Assembly: GCF_947568905.1 (NCBI RefSeq)
Contig: NC_079170.1
Span: 79,608,001-79,672,000, forward strand
Direction of reading: 5' to 3'
Length of the DNA stretch: 64,000 nucleotides
Source of the DNA: Ostrea edulis
Lineage: Eukaryota
Part shown: piece after piece, positions 62,757-64,000 of the stretch
Layout of the letters: each line of letters starts with the position of its first letter
Position numbering within the stretch: position 1 is the stretch's first letter
The notes under the pieces: model-generated
Databases searched by the model: none
Told to the model about the DNA's origin: nothing
Seen by the model: the letters and a program-made list of their open reading frames with translations, nothing else
Translations under genes and position numbers: made by a program

Positions 62757-63409
62757 TTAATTTTGGAAATATTTTTAAAAATGTATTCACATCTATCTCA
62801 CCGAAACAAAGCCATTAAGTCCATAGAAAAGAATTTGTACTTTGATATTCGTATCTAAACAAACCGAGGTCTTGCGTGACCTGTGTTCATTAAGTCGGGG
62901 TTTAACCTCTCTAAAATCTTACAAGAACCTACGGTTTGGACACGCACTTCCTTTCATTAAGCCCCCTTTGTCTAATGTTCCAAACTAAGAATGAATATCT
63001 CGTCAAAGTTCGTGGATTCTACGTCTATTTTATCTAATTTTCATTTCACAATGCCAATTGCGTTTTAACTAAACCCTTGAATCATACAGTTTTGCTATAC
63101 TTAATAGAGATGTAACAGAAGGAGAAATACATTCATATAAACAATAAAGGGATCCTCACGTTGAACTGGATTTTGATCGAAATGAACCGATTTACAGCTT
63201 TCTAATCAAGGCCAAAGGTGGTTCAGGTTCCTGTACACGATTATCAATCTGTATTTTTCAAATTGTATACATGTTGTCGTTGATATAATCTTATTTGCAA
63301 ATACAGTTTTGTTTAGGTTGAATACTATCTGACGTGTTTCACGCCGAATGTTAGACCATTCTGTACTTACTAGTACAGATCTTGACTATAGAAAATTCAG
63401 TTTACGGTG

Positions 63410-63555
63410 GGTGTGATCGGTCAGCAAAGGATGCTTACTTCTCCTGGGAACCTGATCCTACCTGCTGTGTTTCAAATGGTCCGTATTTACGCTAATCCAA
63501 TTCTGAATTCGTCATAGGATTTATGAGATGGATCACTTTCCGCCACCTTCACTTT
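63410..63555 (+). mobile_element. Degenerate copy of the 46081-46325 dispersed repeat
   Basis: GGTGTGATCGGTCAGCAAAGGATGCTTACTTCTCC...ATAGGATTTATGAGATGGATCACT. Confidence 0.55.
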
Positions 63556-64000
63556 TTATGTGACAATGTTGGAGATACAACCCTCCTAGTTCTGAGCAGT
63601 GGATTAACCTTCCATACATGTACCTCGATCATTAGAGCACTGCACTGATGAGTGAGAGGTTCCAGGTCCGATCCTCCACAGAGACAACACAGTATGTGTC
63701 TTAGATTAAGGACAGCAATTGTAATATCACGGAGTTGAGCAACAGATCGCACACATGTATATATCTATCATAAAAGCACACTTTGAATGAAAAGTAGTAG
63801 TTGAGATAAAAGACAGGGCATTCTTGTATTTTAATGAAATACATTTAAATTTAGTACATATAGAATTTCTACTAAAGAAATGATACAGTATTGCGTCAGA
63901 GCGATTTATCTTTACATTTATGTAGCAATATTCCATCATCACCTGCATATGGTGTTTTTATATCTCAACGTATTCGATACGCCAGAGCTTGTTCTGCGTA

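Overview
AT-rich, repeat-dense eukaryotic DNA. The repeat families (Helentron-type elements with ~165-bp internal monomers, TTAA-flanked DNA elements, a bivalve-type SINE) suggest an oyster-like bivalve; this is an inference. I hand-built five protein-coding models from splice signals and reading-frame phase. (1) A 4-exon TEX264 orthologue (+, 15499-24301). (2) An intronless 526-aa protein with one Hillarin-like LIM domain (+, 33528-35108). (3) An 8-exon type II membrane protein with 45 Gly-X-Y triplets and two Ig domains, including a GC-AG intron (-, 38751-45744). (4) A 2-exon, 95-aa secreted precursor absent from the ORF track (signal peptide, spacer, KR, 38-aa cationic amphipathic peptide), a candidate antimicrobial peptide or neuropeptide (-, 48998-49712). 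(5) A RING-less B-box/coiled-coil/NHL TRIM-like gene (+, 53888-55546). Non-coding highlights are two perfect long palindromes (71-bp and 100-bp arms), several minisatellites apparently seeded inside transposons, a SINE-like family with a fixed 5' end and no tRNA head, and a CTCF-type motif between convergent genes. No database searches were run, so novelty is untested.
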